A stretch of 64,000 nucleotides of DNA from an uncultured Candidatus Saccharibacteria bacterium (GTDB taxonomy: Bacteria; Patescibacteriota; Doudnabacteria; UBA920), in assembly GCA_964474825.1 (NCBI GenBank), contig CAYYWQ010000001.1, forward strand, positions 1,130,184 through 1,194,183. The letters run 5' to 3'. The position numbers were made by a program, and so were the translations under genes. How positions within the stretch are numbered: position 1 is the first letter of the stretch; every line of letters begins with the position of its first letter. Of the stretch, positions 31,101 through 39,441 are shown piece after piece. The notes below the pieces were generated by a model. It was not told the origin of the DNA and searched no databases. It saw nothing but the letters and a program-made list of their open reading frames with translations.

Positions 31101-33866
31101 TCTTTAATGATTGGCTTTAACAGCGACATTGCCACTTTGTTTGTAGGTCCCGGAAATGGCACCAGCACAGTGGGCAATGTTGGTATTGGCACTACCACTC
31201 CGGGTTCTGCTTTAACTGTTGCTGGAGATATTAATTTTACAGGGAATTTGCTTTACAATGGTTCACCAATAACTTTTAATATTTCCAGCGGTCTTACATT
31301 AACCGGTTCGGATTTTGTAGATTCTGTGGACATTAATAGTGAAGTTATTGAGCCAATCCATGTTTCCTTTAGCAGCGACGGAACCCATATGTTTGTTATT
31401 GACGACGATACCGGCAATATATTCCAATACGACTTAGGCTTAGCGTGGGACATAACGACTGCCAGTTACAGCAGTAATTCTTTTGACCCAGGTTCAGAAT
31501 TTGCCTTCGGTGTGTGGTATGCCTCTTGGAAAACAGACGGAACCAAATTGTATGTAGAGGGGAACGCTGATGGCGACACAAAAGTAGTTGAATATTATCT
31601 TTCTTCCCCATGGGATATTTCTACGGCTTCTTCCACCGGAAATTCTATAGATATTTCAACTGACATTAGTAACGGAGGGGATTGGGTTTGGAACAGCGAC
31701 GGCAGTGAGGCTTTTGTAACTGCATGGGAGGGAGGGCTTATACATAGGTATTCACTACTAACTCCTTGGGACCTTACTACAGCAACGTATACAGGCCCGG
31801 TGCTTGAAGTCAGTATCGGCAGCGGTTTTCCAATTGGCATGAGTTTTTTTAACAGCGGCTTAAATATGGGAGTAGTTATGTTTAATCCTGGAAGCGGTAG
31901 TATAGTTTTGTATAGTTATACGCTCGATTCCGCCTACGATGTTTCCAGCGCTTCCCCGGACGGTTCCAGTTTTGACCTTACCGTTTATGGTAATATTACT
32001 GTTCCTTTCTTTAGCCCAGAAGGCGACCAGTTCTATTTTCCTGTTGAGGGTTACTCTGCTGTAAATGGTGGAGACGGAAGTATTATTCAATTTGAACTAG
32101 GCGCTAGCAGTAGTGGATTGCAATGGACAACTTCAGGCAGTGATATTTATTTTTCAAGAGGCAATGTTGGTATAGGCACCCACGAAGCGTCCGCCCTGTT
32201 AGACGTGCAGGGGTCGGGTATGCTGCCGGGGACAGGCACAATTAGCGACGACGGTTATGGTATTATTACCGGCATAGGTACCAGGTTTGAGGAAGAATTA
32301 AGCGAAGGGGATACCATTTTAATCGGCAGTTTTCCTTTTGGTCTTCCTGCTACAATCTATGAAATTTCTGACAATGAACATATGAGAGTCCAGCACGACT
32401 TAAGTGAGACCTATGTAGACACAACTTTTGCTTATCAAAAACCCCTTGTAGTTATGGGAGAGCCAAGCGGTCCGGAAACTATTTTTAGCGCCAGCGGTTA
32501 TACGGCCAGCCTTTCTTTGGGTTACCAAAATACAGTTAGCGGTTATTTTGGTACCGCAATTGGAACGGGAAATACGGTTATGTCTGCTGTTGGGCCCGAC
32601 GGCCTTATGGGAACGGCGGCCTTAGCTCTGGGCAGTGCAAATACTGTAAGGGGTCAGGGGAGTATTGCCATAGGAAGCTATTTAACAGCCGGCGCCGACG
32701 GGGCAATAGTTATAGGTAGTGGGGATTTTGAAGACGAAGGTTCTCTGACAAATAACATAGAAAACTCATTAATGGTTGGCTTTAACAGCGATGTACCAAC
32801 ATTGTTTGTTGGCGCCGGTTCCGGCTTAGGAACTTTTGGTAAGGTTGGTATTGGCACCACCACTCCTGACTTTTTAATTACTTTAAGCGGGGGGGCGTAC
32901 AGTGATGGTTCTTCCTGGTCCAATGCTTCGGACAAAAACTTAAAAGAAAATTTTGCCACTGTCACCCCGGCAGACATTTTGCAAAAAATTGTAAGTCTGC
33001 CTATTAGCCAGTGGAATTATAAAACGGATACAGCCACAACTACCCACATGGGCCCAACGGCCCAGGATTTTTACGCTGCTTTTGGCCTAGGTGGTAAAGG
33101 AGGCGCCAAATCTATTTCTACCATTGATGAGCCGGCAATTGCTTTGCTTGGCATCCAAGCACTAAACCAAAAAATTATTGACTTGCAAGGCGCGCTTGTA
33201 AATAACGCCAGCTCTACAATTGCTTTAACTGTTACCCAAGCCGTTGTGTACGAAAAAACTTTAACAGTTTTGGGACAGGTTTACTTTAGCGGAGACAATG
33301 TCGGACAGGCGCAAATTTTGGCCGGTGAAAATTCCGTGCGAATAAATTTCAGCCAGGCTTATTTGTATCAGCCGATTATTACTATTTCACCAATAGACTT
33401 TGACGGCAAATGGAAATTAAAAAACGTAGATTCCCAAGGATTCACAATTAAGCTGACTGAAAAGCAAAACTTAGACGTCACTTTTAATTGGCACTCTTTT
33501 GCATCTGAGCAGGCTAAGCTTACTGTTAGCAGCGGCACAACTTCGCCTATTACTTTGGTTGTCGTTAGCGGGGAAGTTTTGGGAGAAGCTATCTCCACTC
33601 CAAATACAGGCCCTGTAATCAGCAACAGCCCTCAGCAACCAGCTGAAGCTCCTTCGCCAACTCCGGAAGTTTTGGGGGAGTTTACAACATCCCCTGAGGC
33701 TGTTGTTGATCAACCTGCTTTCCCGTCCCCGGACCCTACGCCGGTAGTTGACGCACCAGCAGATGTGCCGGATTCGCCCAGCCCTAAAGCCCCGGACGAA
33801 GCCCCAACAGTTACGGCTCCTGAACCACCGCCAGCGTCCGCTGCGCCAAGCGAGCCGACTCCTTAA
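25185..33866 (+). CDS. Giant (2893 aa) membrane-anchored surface protein with a phage-tail-fibre-like intramolecular-chaperone (S74-type) domain; putative adhesin
   Basis: Basic N-terminus then TM 'AGALLLLLSFGVYGA'. Collagen-like 'GQKGEPGEPGRAGG' (about 25791-25838). About 20 Gly-rich 'GSGY..GD..T..GG.GG…V' repeats (about 26290-28560). Three modules marked by 'VGIGTTTP' and 'ISDDGDGNITGTGT.F..EL..GD' with YadA/Hep_Hag-like heptads and 'SLMIGFNSD.[AP]TLFVG'. 'WDIT[TS]AS' beta-propeller-like blades (about 31310-32100). 'SDKNLKENF…ILQKIVSLPISQWNYKTD…GPTAQDFYAAFG…IDEPAIALLGIQALNQKIIDLQ' chaperone domain (about 32928-33190). PT-rich tail. A start at the downstream ATG (25284) is possible. Confidence 0.85.
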   Translation: MKIKLEKNKIPRTASHFKKRKVLAGKAKNSADTMEQKIKQIFKVPGEVSKKKIAKRKIITKDILPVIDVESPEFAKMVEIFPASRLKDAVIQGSKILLKPIKVPTFAKAGALLLLLSFGVYGATLSKNYLEQGLLKQLASKQQAAKPVAQNKINPKIKDGAIAKLSRAVPRVLGESTTSQSNSNLPAQIRNILDQYIKEGKITGQKGEPGEPGRAGGSVVGSAPIIYYPPNPSQNFTGGTYLGVTNLSSQNHTVTNNLTVSGNTTIAGALNVSNFSINGITVAGSAQWAADGNNISYSRGNVSVGTASSSGQLTVLDSAAGSYYGSELVNNGNFSGSTEGWTLGDSWGYSTNGVGFVAPVFSGAVTRFSATESAGSGYSVGDVLTLLPGTSDPAGTGGTITVTAVATNGQIESMRGMEAIGRDYNVNQIVDVVGGSGSGAQLLITNMDGEGGVEDFVIQNPGSGYSSGCDTYEVEGTSGHDFRPILCAGSSGGVVSFTLRSGGSGYLEEEHNTSGGHGSGFVANIREVSALGTIDLIPGFDDGHYGTGYHVGDVLTVLPGIGDNEASGGTLTVTEVSNGEIFASSIQNDGIGYQVGDVLTIPGGTGGEYTVSGIDEAGDGHIESIAGINGADQMGSGYERGDILNVAAGTGGQITIDAVLDGQVFFAFPETVANAGSGYAADDIITVNGGDGPVDLIIVEVANDSLGLWEPNTADGNNGVTASGTGYSVGDIVNVDGGSGGQLYVQVVDENGGVQSYSVYENGSGYTLGYNAYATSYGGSGTGFVANVGVLPEGGVLFAESNSSHNGTGYTSGNYSVTGGSGSGFSPMVLAGDISFGFFTEANIHNPGSGYVPGDIITISGGSGAKIIIAGTNSSGGVTDWNLYKPGTGYTAGYATHSTTGGSGTGFSMDLGFPDFGGIVDSELTEAGSGYAYGVHLALGGHGSGYMPLLNTESELGELQYNDYQPVNGGSGYQVGDLVDVSGGTGGKVFVTSVSPSGAVRTIYIARNGTGYASDWAYRSTTGGSGTGLLINAFARNYHNNAITAGSITSAGSGYTSGTNLTLSGGSGSGATINITATGLGGAISEVDVTTGGSNYIAGNHAVSGGHGAGAVPFLAVESAAGGNLVQDLSIESGRRYRVKFTLSGEEEGCVSVFLGGALVSGDSFCGDTIAEVIVEAVNSNGLIFSPSSDFIGNISHVSVTQLKPGATAVSIVNSNSGKVLGISTGISGDNIFFGQESGGFNTDGLGNATLGYQTLYNNAEGSNNLALGYQAGFSNANGSNNIFIGNQAGYSETGSNKLYISNSSSSPLIYGDLTAGLLGINTINPNATLDVLGNPAQTGTGTISDDGDGNITGTGTAFTTELHRGDIVRDSNGEEAIVIYIESDTVMQVSKNLNGDTDQTFTYKHPVLNVTNYGADFPALSVSARGGLSSLNSYSYAGGVSSIAWGDDNLASGDYAAAFGSTNAAGGNFSFTAGLGNIVEGDASAAFGWGNSVFGPNSLALGKFNSVHGNTSMVFGENMQVDGSNSVGINLNYYEYPNLTRDNTMAIMGGNVGIGTTTPDVALSVQGDINLTGNIYKNGSLFGGGDSAWSTTLGSDLYFDAGNVGIGTSNPAANLHVYGEGSGEFTGGYESVLAIESADANPWALSIRRQDIGASSDISLYNNGDETTGDWRFAVGDGADSYYTPVDINKYGLTIGEQGLVGGNALAISPDVGGGMLYGTISAPVPFAWSLGYTSDVTVTSTPVITWNGLGKVGIGTTTPAALFDIRGSDGSIGSGLIADDGDGNITGTDTAFLAELQVGDSIEFYGANAPGIITEIIDDTHMIVSHVHTDPFIDSGFNYQSPLLSVSNAYEGLLNVYGLTNSASLGVGSLVSGGYSYALGAYNTVTSPYTEGPGGVAIGGGNTISSVLASAIGVNNTVTGDSSNAYGLYNTVSGQDAFAIGRYLNATSTGGFVLGSGYSYDHLLTNTIDSSLMIGFNSDIATLFVGPGNGTSTVGNVGIGTTTPGSALTVAGDINFTGNLLYNGSPITFNISSGLTLTGSDFVDSVDINSEVIEPIHVSFSSDGTHMFVIDDDTGNIFQYDLGLAWDITTASYSSNSFDPGSEFAFGVWYASWKTDGTKLYVEGNADGDTKVVEYYLSSPWDISTASSTGNSIDISTDISNGGDWVWNSDGSEAFVTAWEGGLIHRYSLLTPWDLTTATYTGPVLEVSIGSGFPIGMSFFNSGLNMGVVMFNPGSGSIVLYSYTLDSAYDVSSASPDGSSFDLTVYGNITVPFFSPEGDQFYFPVEGYSAVNGGDGSIIQFELGASSSGLQWTTSGSDIYFSRGNVGIGTHEASALLDVQGSGMLPGTGTISDDGYGIITGIGTRFEEELSEGDTILIGSFPFGLPATIYEISDNEHMRVQHDLSETYVDTTFAYQKPLVVMGEPSGPETIFSASGYTASLSLGYQNTVSGYFGTAIGTGNTVMSAVGPDGLMGTAALALGSANTVRGQGSIAIGSYLTAGADGAIVIGSGDFEDEGSLTNNIENSLMVGFNSDVPTLFVGAGSGLGTFGKVGIGTTTPDFLITLSGGAYSDGSSWSNASDKNLKENFATVTPADILQKIVSLPISQWNYKTDTATTTHMGPTAQDFYAAFGLGGKGGAKSISTIDEPAIALLGIQALNQKIIDLQGALVNNASSTIALTVTQAVVYEKTLTVLGQVYFSGDNVGQAQILAGENSVRINFSQAYLYQPIITISPIDFDGKWKLKNVDSQGFTIKLTEKQNLDVTFNWHSFASEQAKLTVSSGTTSPITLVVVSGEVLGEAISTPNTGPVISNSPQQPAEAPSPTPEVLGEFTTSPEAVVDQPAFPSPDPTPVVDAPADVPDSPSPKAPDEAPTVTAPEPPPASAAPSEPTP

Positions 33867-33962
33867 AAACCTTTCCAAACAAAATGGAAAGGTTTTTAAA
33901 TTTGACTTAGGAAATTGAATAAATGATAATTACAAATATAGCAGTACGCGGGTATAAAAATT

Positions 33963-34673
33963 TTGAAAATAATGAACGAAGTTAGCCAAAACCTAAAATT
34001 AAGCGTGGTCCTGCCTTGCCGGGACGAAGAAGCGGCTGTGGGGGAGTGCATTTTAAAAATAAAACAGGTGCTGGAGCAGAATAATATAGATGGGGAAATA
34101 ATAGTATCAGATTCCTCGGCCGACAGTTCAGCCAAAATAGCTCAAAATCTTGGTGCGGTTTTAATTCAGCACGGACGGGAAGGTTATGGTACTGCCTGCC
34201 TGGAAGGGTTTAAAGCGGCAAAAGGAAAATATATATTTTTGGCAGACGCTGACGGAAGTTATGATTTTGCGGAAATACCTAATTTTTTGGCACACCTGGA
34301 ATTGGGTAATGATTTTGTAATCGGCAACAGGTTTAAAGGAAAAATTGCCCCCGGGGCAATGCCTTTGCTTCACCGCTTTGTGGGAAACCCACTGTTTCCG
34401 TTTATGTTTAGAATATTTTTCCGCGCAAAAATTCAGGACGTGCACTGCGGAATGAGGGCCGTGGCTAAAGAGTCGCTCGCTCCGCTGGCGCTTAATTCCA
34501 CTGGTATGGAATTTGCGTCGGAAATGCTAATTAAGGCCGTGCAAAATAAACTTAAAATACACGAGCTATCTATAAATTATTACAAAAGGAAAGGCGTTTC
34601 AAAACTGCGTCCTTTTGCGGATGGCTTTAGGCACCTTAGGTTAATAGTGCTCGCAGGAGCTTTTAAAAAATGA
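33963..34673 (+). CDS. Glycosyltransferase family 2 (Dpm1/ArnC-like polyprenol-phosphate sugar transferase type)
   Basis: 'LSVVLPCRDEE', 'IIVSDSSAD', 'YIFLADADGSYD' (DxD) motifs. 236 aa. Confidence 0.75.
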   Translation: MKIMNEVSQNLKLSVVLPCRDEEAAVGECILKIKQVLEQNNIDGEIIVSDSSADSSAKIAQNLGAVLIQHGREGYGTACLEGFKAAKGKYIFLADADGSYDFAEIPNFLAHLELGNDFVIGNRFKGKIAPGAMPLLHRFVGNPLFPFMFRIFFRAKIQDVHCGMRAVAKESLAPLALNSTGMEFASEMLIKAVQNKLKIHELSINYYKRKGVSKLRPFADGFRHLRLIVLAGAFKK

Positions 34674-35770
34674 AGATAGCGGTTTTCCATAATTTTATGG
34701 ACAACATAGGCGGCGCGGAAATTGTGGCGCTGGCTTTAACTAAAGGCCTTTCCGCGGACCTTTATACCACCAACATAGACCGCGACAAAATAGAAAAAAT
34801 GGGTTACGGAAACATTTTGCCCAATATATATTCCATTGGCACAGTTCCAAAAAACGCTCCGTTTAGGCAGCAGCTGACTTTTTGGAAATTTAGTCAGCTT
34901 AATTTAAAAAAGAAATACGACTTCTACATTATTGCCGGGGACTGGGCCATGTCCGGCTGTGTTAATAACAAGCCAAATTTATGGTATGCCCACTCTCCCT
35001 TAAATGAGCTTTGGGCCTTTAAAGACTATGTAAGAAACCAGGTTATAGAAGGTTGGAAAAAACCTTTTTTTGATGTATGGGTTTGGTTTAACCGAAGGCT
35101 TAATAAAAAATATGTAAATCATGCCCAAATAATTATTTGCAATTCCAAGAATACGCAACAAAGAGTAAAAAATATTTATAACCGTAAAGCTGGGGTTTTG
35201 AATCCTCCGGTAGATACGGCAAAATATTTTAGCAATCCCCACAAAGGTTATTGGCTTTCAGTTAATCGGCTAACAAAGGCCAAAAGAATAGAACTGCAAA
35301 TGCATGCCTTTGCCCAAATACCGGAAGAGAATTTAATTATAGTGGGCAGTTACGAAAAAGGCTCTAAGCCTTTTGAAAAATACAAAAAATTTATTGGAGA
35401 AATAAAACCTCCAAATGTTAAAATTATAAACTGGGCAACAGACGAGGAATTAAAAGAGCTGTATGCCAACTGCATTGGCCTAATAACTACTTCCATAGAC
35501 GAGGATTTTGGCATGGCGCCGGTTGAAGCCATGGCCGCGGGCAAGCCGGTAATAGCGCCAAACGAAGGCGGCTACAAAGAAACACTGGTCGATGATGTTA
35601 CTGGAAAACTTATTTCAGACATCAGCTTTGAGAAATTGATTAAATCAATCCGGGAAGTCGGTAAAAATCCGGAAAGTTACAAGCAGGCATGTTTACTGCA
35701 AGCCGCAAAGTTTGACACGCAAATTTTTATAAATAAAATTCAGCAGCTATTAGAAAAGCCCTATGCCTAA
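34670..35770 (+). CDS. Glycosyltransferase (GT-B fold, GT4-like)
   Basis: C-terminal Glycos_transf_1-like region: 'EDFGMAPVEAMAAGKPVIAPNEGGYKETL' (EX7E-type). ATGA start/stop overlap with the upstream gene. Confidence 0.7.
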   Translation: MKIAVFHNFMDNIGGAEIVALALTKGLSADLYTTNIDRDKIEKMGYGNILPNIYSIGTVPKNAPFRQQLTFWKFSQLNLKKKYDFYIIAGDWAMSGCVNNKPNLWYAHSPLNELWAFKDYVRNQVIEGWKKPFFDVWVWFNRRLNKKYVNHAQIIICNSKNTQQRVKNIYNRKAGVLNPPVDTAKYFSNPHKGYWLSVNRLTKAKRIELQMHAFAQIPEENLIIVGSYEKGSKPFEKYKKFIGEIKPPNVKIINWATDEELKELYANCIGLITTSIDEDFGMAPVEAMAAGKPVIAPNEGGYKETLVDDVTGKLISDISFEKLIKSIREVGKNPESYKQACLLQAAKFDTQIFINKIQQLLEKPYA

Positions 35771-36605
35771 AGCATTGTTCATTACCGGAAATAAGCGCTC
35801 CGGCACTTCCCAGCTCGTTAGGCTCCTAAATTTACACCCGGAAATATTTGTTTCGCATGAGTCAGACGCTGTGCTCATAATTTCGCGTTTTTTAAAGGGA
35901 GAACCTTTCTTAAGCCATGCCGCAGATTCTTCTGTTGGAATGGAATATACTTTAAAAATTTGTGGCCAACTTTTGAGCAAACAAAAAAGCGCTGCAGAAA
36001 ACTTTTTTGCAATTCAAAAAAAGCTTATGGAAACGGGCAGCCCGTGGCTTCCATCAGAACCTAAAAAAGACCCGCAATGGGTGGGGGACAAAAAGCCTTT
36101 TCAGTATTCGGATCCCTCTATAACAGATTTTATCCGTTCCAGTTTTCCGCAGGCTGTTTTTATTCATTTAGTCAGGCATCCTTTTGCCGTAGCCCAAAGC
36201 GCGCAAAAATTTAACAAAACCGTTAATGGGGATTTTTGGAGAGGTTTAAGTTTAGAGGAAATGGTGGAAGAGTGGGCTAAAAATGAAAATAATGTTTTAG
36301 AGCTAAAAAAATCCGGTTGGGCCAAAGTGATGGACGTGCGCTATGAAGATTTATGTAAGGAAACAGACAAAGAACTTACGCGAATTTTTAATTTTTTGGG
36401 GCTCAAAGTAAACGCAAATATTTTAAAAACAGCAGCCAAAACCACTCGTTACACACTAAAAAAAATACCAATAATTCCTTGCAGTCAGAACACGCTTTCT
36501 ATTATGGGCCAGTATGGATACACACCGGGGCAGGCAGAAAAGGGAAGGGCGCAAATTTTACTTTCCAATTTATATTGGAAAGTGCACAAAAAAATATATG
36601 CATAA
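35763..36605 (+). CDS. Sulfotransferase-family protein (PAPS-dependent)
   Basis: N-terminal 5'-PSB-like P-loop 'FITGNKRSGTSQLVRLLNLHPEIFVSHE'. Mid-region 'FIHLVRHPFAVAQS' (3'-PB-like). About 280 aa, typical of bacterial sulfotransferases. Confidence 0.65.
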   Translation: MPKALFITGNKRSGTSQLVRLLNLHPEIFVSHESDAVLIISRFLKGEPFLSHAADSSVGMEYTLKICGQLLSKQKSAAENFFAIQKKLMETGSPWLPSEPKKDPQWVGDKKPFQYSDPSITDFIRSSFPQAVFIHLVRHPFAVAQSAQKFNKTVNGDFWRGLSLEEMVEEWAKNENNVLELKKSGWAKVMDVRYEDLCKETDKELTRIFNFLGLKVNANILKTAAKTTRYTLKKIPIIPCSQNTLSIMGQYGYTPGQAEKGRAQILLSNLYWKVHKKIYA

Positions 36606-37179
36606 AAAAGTTTTTCAGGAGTTTGAAAAAATCTGTTCTAAAAGAAGTTTAAGAGGTTCGGTTCTGGAGGTTGGCGCCAAACCGGATTTTTCCAGCCTTT
36701 TGAATATGGAAGCGCTAAAGGCCATGGACGAAAAAATAGGCATTAACCTGGAAGGGGCATCTGAGTATAAAGATTTTAAAATACTTAAAGGCAATGCCAA
36801 TAATATGGATTGTTTTGCCAGCAATAGTTTTGATTTAGTTTTATGCAACGCGGTTTTTGAACACGACAAATTTTTTTGGAAGACACTTTCGGAAATAAAA
36901 AGGGTTGCCAAACCTGGCGCGCTTATTGTTATTGGCGCTCCGGGTTTTGGTATTACTGCCGCCGAAGGCCGCTTACGCGCCATCTTAAATCACATTCCCT
37001 TCTTGCCTAGTTTTTTTACCAGTTCTACTTTAACACTTCTGGAACACAACTTCCCGGGCGATTATTACCGTTTTAACAAACAGGCTTTTGAGCAAGTTTT
37101 TTTTGAAGGAATGAAAGAAGTCAGTATTAAAACTATAATGTCCCCCCCAAGAATAATAGGCGCAGGCATAAAATCATGA
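36598..37179 (+). CDS. Class I SAM-dependent methyltransferase. Start moved to ATG 36598, overlapping the upstream stop, rather than the ORF-track start at 36514
   Basis: Motif I 'VLEVGAKPD', 'DLVLCNAVFEH', 'KPGALIVIGAP' (Methyltransf_11/23-like). Confidence 0.65.
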   Translation: MHKKVFQEFEKICSKRSLRGSVLEVGAKPDFSSLLNMEALKAMDEKIGINLEGASEYKDFKILKGNANNMDCFASNSFDLVLCNAVFEHDKFFWKTLSEIKRVAKPGALIVIGAPGFGITAAEGRLRAILNHIPFLPSFFTSSTLTLLEHNFPGDYYRFNKQAFEQVFFEGMKEVSIKTIMSPPRIIGAGIKS

Positions 37180-38336
37180 AAATATTGCACGTGGTCGGCA
37201 GTTTAGACCCTAAAGACGGAGGCGTGGTCCAGGTTGTTTTGGGCATGACAAAGGCTTTGGTAAAAAATAATATAGATGTTACTTTGTTCGCGCCTGAGCC
37301 GGGAAACGTAGAGGATATAAAAGATTATGGGGGAGTGAAAATAAAATTTTTTAAAAAAGCTTTTTTCTCGGTGTTTTTGGCTGGGCATTCGCTTAGGTCT
37401 GGCTACAGCCCTGCATTAGCAAAAGCTTTGGCAAAAGAGGCTGGTAATTTTGATCTGGTGAATACCCACAGTATTTGGCACTACCCGCACTATGCGGCTT
37501 TTTTGGCATCTTCTGCGGCTAATGTTCCTTTTATGTCCACGGTCCAAGGTGAGTTAACTCCTTGGGCTTTAAAACAGCAAAGCGCTTGGGGCTTACATAC
37601 TCAGAAAAAAATATTAGCTAAAGCCTCAGCCATTCAGGCTGTTTCCAAACAGGAAGCCCAAAATATTAAAAACTTTACCAGTAACCCTAATATTTTTGTT
37701 GTGCCCAACGGCATAACGCCCGAGGACTTTTCGGGGGAGAATGGTAATGATTGGTTATTTACAAAGTATCCGGAGCTAAAAGGCAAAAAGATTGTTTTAT
37801 TTTTAGGCCGCGTTAATGCGGGCAAGGGTTTGGAAGTTTTGGCTCATGCGTTTGCTAAGGTGTCCGCTCGCGAGCCTGACAGCAGGCTCCTTATAGTCGG
37901 ACCGGACGAATGGGGCTACGGCAGGAAAATAAAAGAAATTTTAAAAAGAGAAAATGTTTTAGATAAGACTGTTTTTACAGGTATGCTGGTTGGTAAAGAA
38001 AAACTTTCTGTTTTAAAATCTTCAAGTGTTTTTGTTTTGCTCTCTGAGTCTGAAGCCTTTAGTGTTACAATTTTAGAAGCCCTTTACTGCGGCTTGCCTG
38101 TAATTATTAGTCCGGAATGTAATTTTCCGGAAGTAGAAAGTTTTGGAGCAGGCAAGATTATTGAAAGAGATAGTGAGCAGCTGGCTGTCAGTCTTTTGGA
38201 AATGTTTGCAGATCTTCCACGTCTCGCCCAAATGTCTGAAAATTCCAAGAAACTTTCGAGTTCAGGAGAATATTTTTATGACAACATTGCCAAAAAAATT
38301 ATAGGGATTTACGAAAAAATTAAATTCAATGTTTAA
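37176..38336 (+). CDS. Glycosyltransferase family 4 (GT-B)
   Basis: N-terminal 'MKILHVVGSLDPKDGGV' (GT4 N-domain). C-terminal 'SESEAFSVTILEALYCGLPVIISPE' EX7E motif. Confidence 0.8.
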   Translation: MKILHVVGSLDPKDGGVVQVVLGMTKALVKNNIDVTLFAPEPGNVEDIKDYGGVKIKFFKKAFFSVFLAGHSLRSGYSPALAKALAKEAGNFDLVNTHSIWHYPHYAAFLASSAANVPFMSTVQGELTPWALKQQSAWGLHTQKKILAKASAIQAVSKQEAQNIKNFTSNPNIFVVPNGITPEDFSGENGNDWLFTKYPELKGKKIVLFLGRVNAGKGLEVLAHAFAKVSAREPDSRLLIVGPDEWGYGRKIKEILKRENVLDKTVFTGMLVGKEKLSVLKSSSVFVLLSESEAFSVTILEALYCGLPVIISPECNFPEVESFGAGKIIERDSEQLAVSLLEMFADLPRLAQMSENSKKLSSSGEYFYDNIAKKIIGIYEKIKFNV

Positions 38337-39441
38337 GCGGGTAAAAAAAATTATAAAAATTAACGCTCAGAGGGCAGTACTTTGTGTTATTCATAGGCGT
38401 TTGCCGTTCCGCTCTTTTTTTGGTGTAGGCTTGGTTAATAAGAAATGGGCAAGAGAACTAAATCAAAGACTCCTGGATAGCAATAAAGTTAAAGTAGGGT
38501 TTGGTCCTGTAATTAGCGGGGAAGACGATTTAGGCGTTAGAAAATGGCGCATAGACCCAATTGTTAATTACATTAACCAAAGCAGCAAAAAATATTGTGC
38601 CGGAATTTTTTTAAATGTCCAACAAGCGGAAAAATTCGACATTCTTGTTATTGTAAAAGACTTATCTGTTTTAAGTTTTACGGATATTACACAATTAAAG
38701 AAAAATAATAAAAAAATTATTTACGATGTTATTGACCAGCCGTATGGGGAGAATGCAGCTCATTACCCGCAAATAAAAGAAATCTTTAAAGTCGTAGACG
38801 CCATAATTGTTTCCAGTCCGCTTCAGGAGCAGGATTTATTAGGCCTTAATAAAATTGTAACTTTAATAGAGCATCCGGTCATAAACACGCTGGCAAAAGA
38901 TTACAGCAGGGGAGGCAATGGGCCAATAAAAATTATTTGGCAGGGCTACAGCGAACACCATAAGCGCATGGAATTTTTGCATCCTATGATAGAAAGAATT
39001 GCAAAAGAGTTAGGGAAAAAAATTACCCTAACTTACCATACTAATTTATTGCCAAAGCGAAATGGCTTTGTAAATTTTAAAACCTGGACTGTCAATAACT
39101 GGGAAAAGGCCTTGGTTAAGGCGGATATTGCCGTGGAAGTTAAAACTTTAGACGACCCGTTGCTGCAGCGTAAACCTTCCACTAAAGCGGTTTTGTATGG
39201 AGCGGTTGCGCTACCGGTTGTTTTAACCCCGTCAGCCGCAGACAAACTAGTCGTTACCCATGGGCAGACCGGCTATTTTGCTTACAGCCGGGAAGACTGG
39301 TATATATATTTAAAAAAATTGGCGGAAAATGTAAGTCTTCGTCAAAGCATGGGTTTGTTGGCTAAACAGCGCGCTCTGGAAAATTTTAATATTGCAAAAA
39401 TTGGGGAAAAATATATTAGCCTGTTGGATAAAATGGTTTAG
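38329..39441 (+). CDS. Putative glycosyltransferase / polysaccharide-biosynthesis protein (GT-B-like C-terminal half)
   Basis: C-terminal 'KPSTKAVLYGAVALPVVLTPSAADKLVVTHGQTGYF' resembles the GT1-family nucleotide-sugar-binding half. The N-terminal half is unassigned. Confidence 0.35.
   Translation: MFKRVKKIIKINAQRAVLCVIHRRLPFRSFFGVGLVNKKWARELNQRLLDSNKVKVGFGPVISGEDDLGVRKWRIDPIVNYINQSSKKYCAGIFLNVQQAEKFDILVIVKDLSVLSFTDITQLKKNNKKIIYDVIDQPYGENAAHYPQIKEIFKVVDAIIVSSPLQEQDLLGLNKIVTLIEHPVINTLAKDYSRGGNGPIKIIWQGYSEHHKRMEFLHPMIERIAKELGKKITLTYHTNLLPKRNGFVNFKTWTVNNWEKALVKADIAVEVKTLDDPLLQRKPSTKAVLYGAVALPVVLTPSAADKLVVTHGQTGYFAYSREDWYIYLKKLAENVSLRQSMGLLAKQRALENFNIAKIGEKYISLLDKMV

Noticed and set aside
25185-33866. 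The giant ORF being an intact prophage tail-fibre gene (an indication of an integrated phage)
   Set aside because: No phage structural, integrase or terminase genes flank it. It has a TM anchor, and host-type glycosylation genes follow. More consistent with a host surface protein that has co-opted tail-fibre-like modules.
36615-36983. 122-aa minus-strand ORF within the methyltransferase gene
   Set aside because: Antisense to a motif-bearing SAM-MTase ORF that is translationally coupled to its neighbours.
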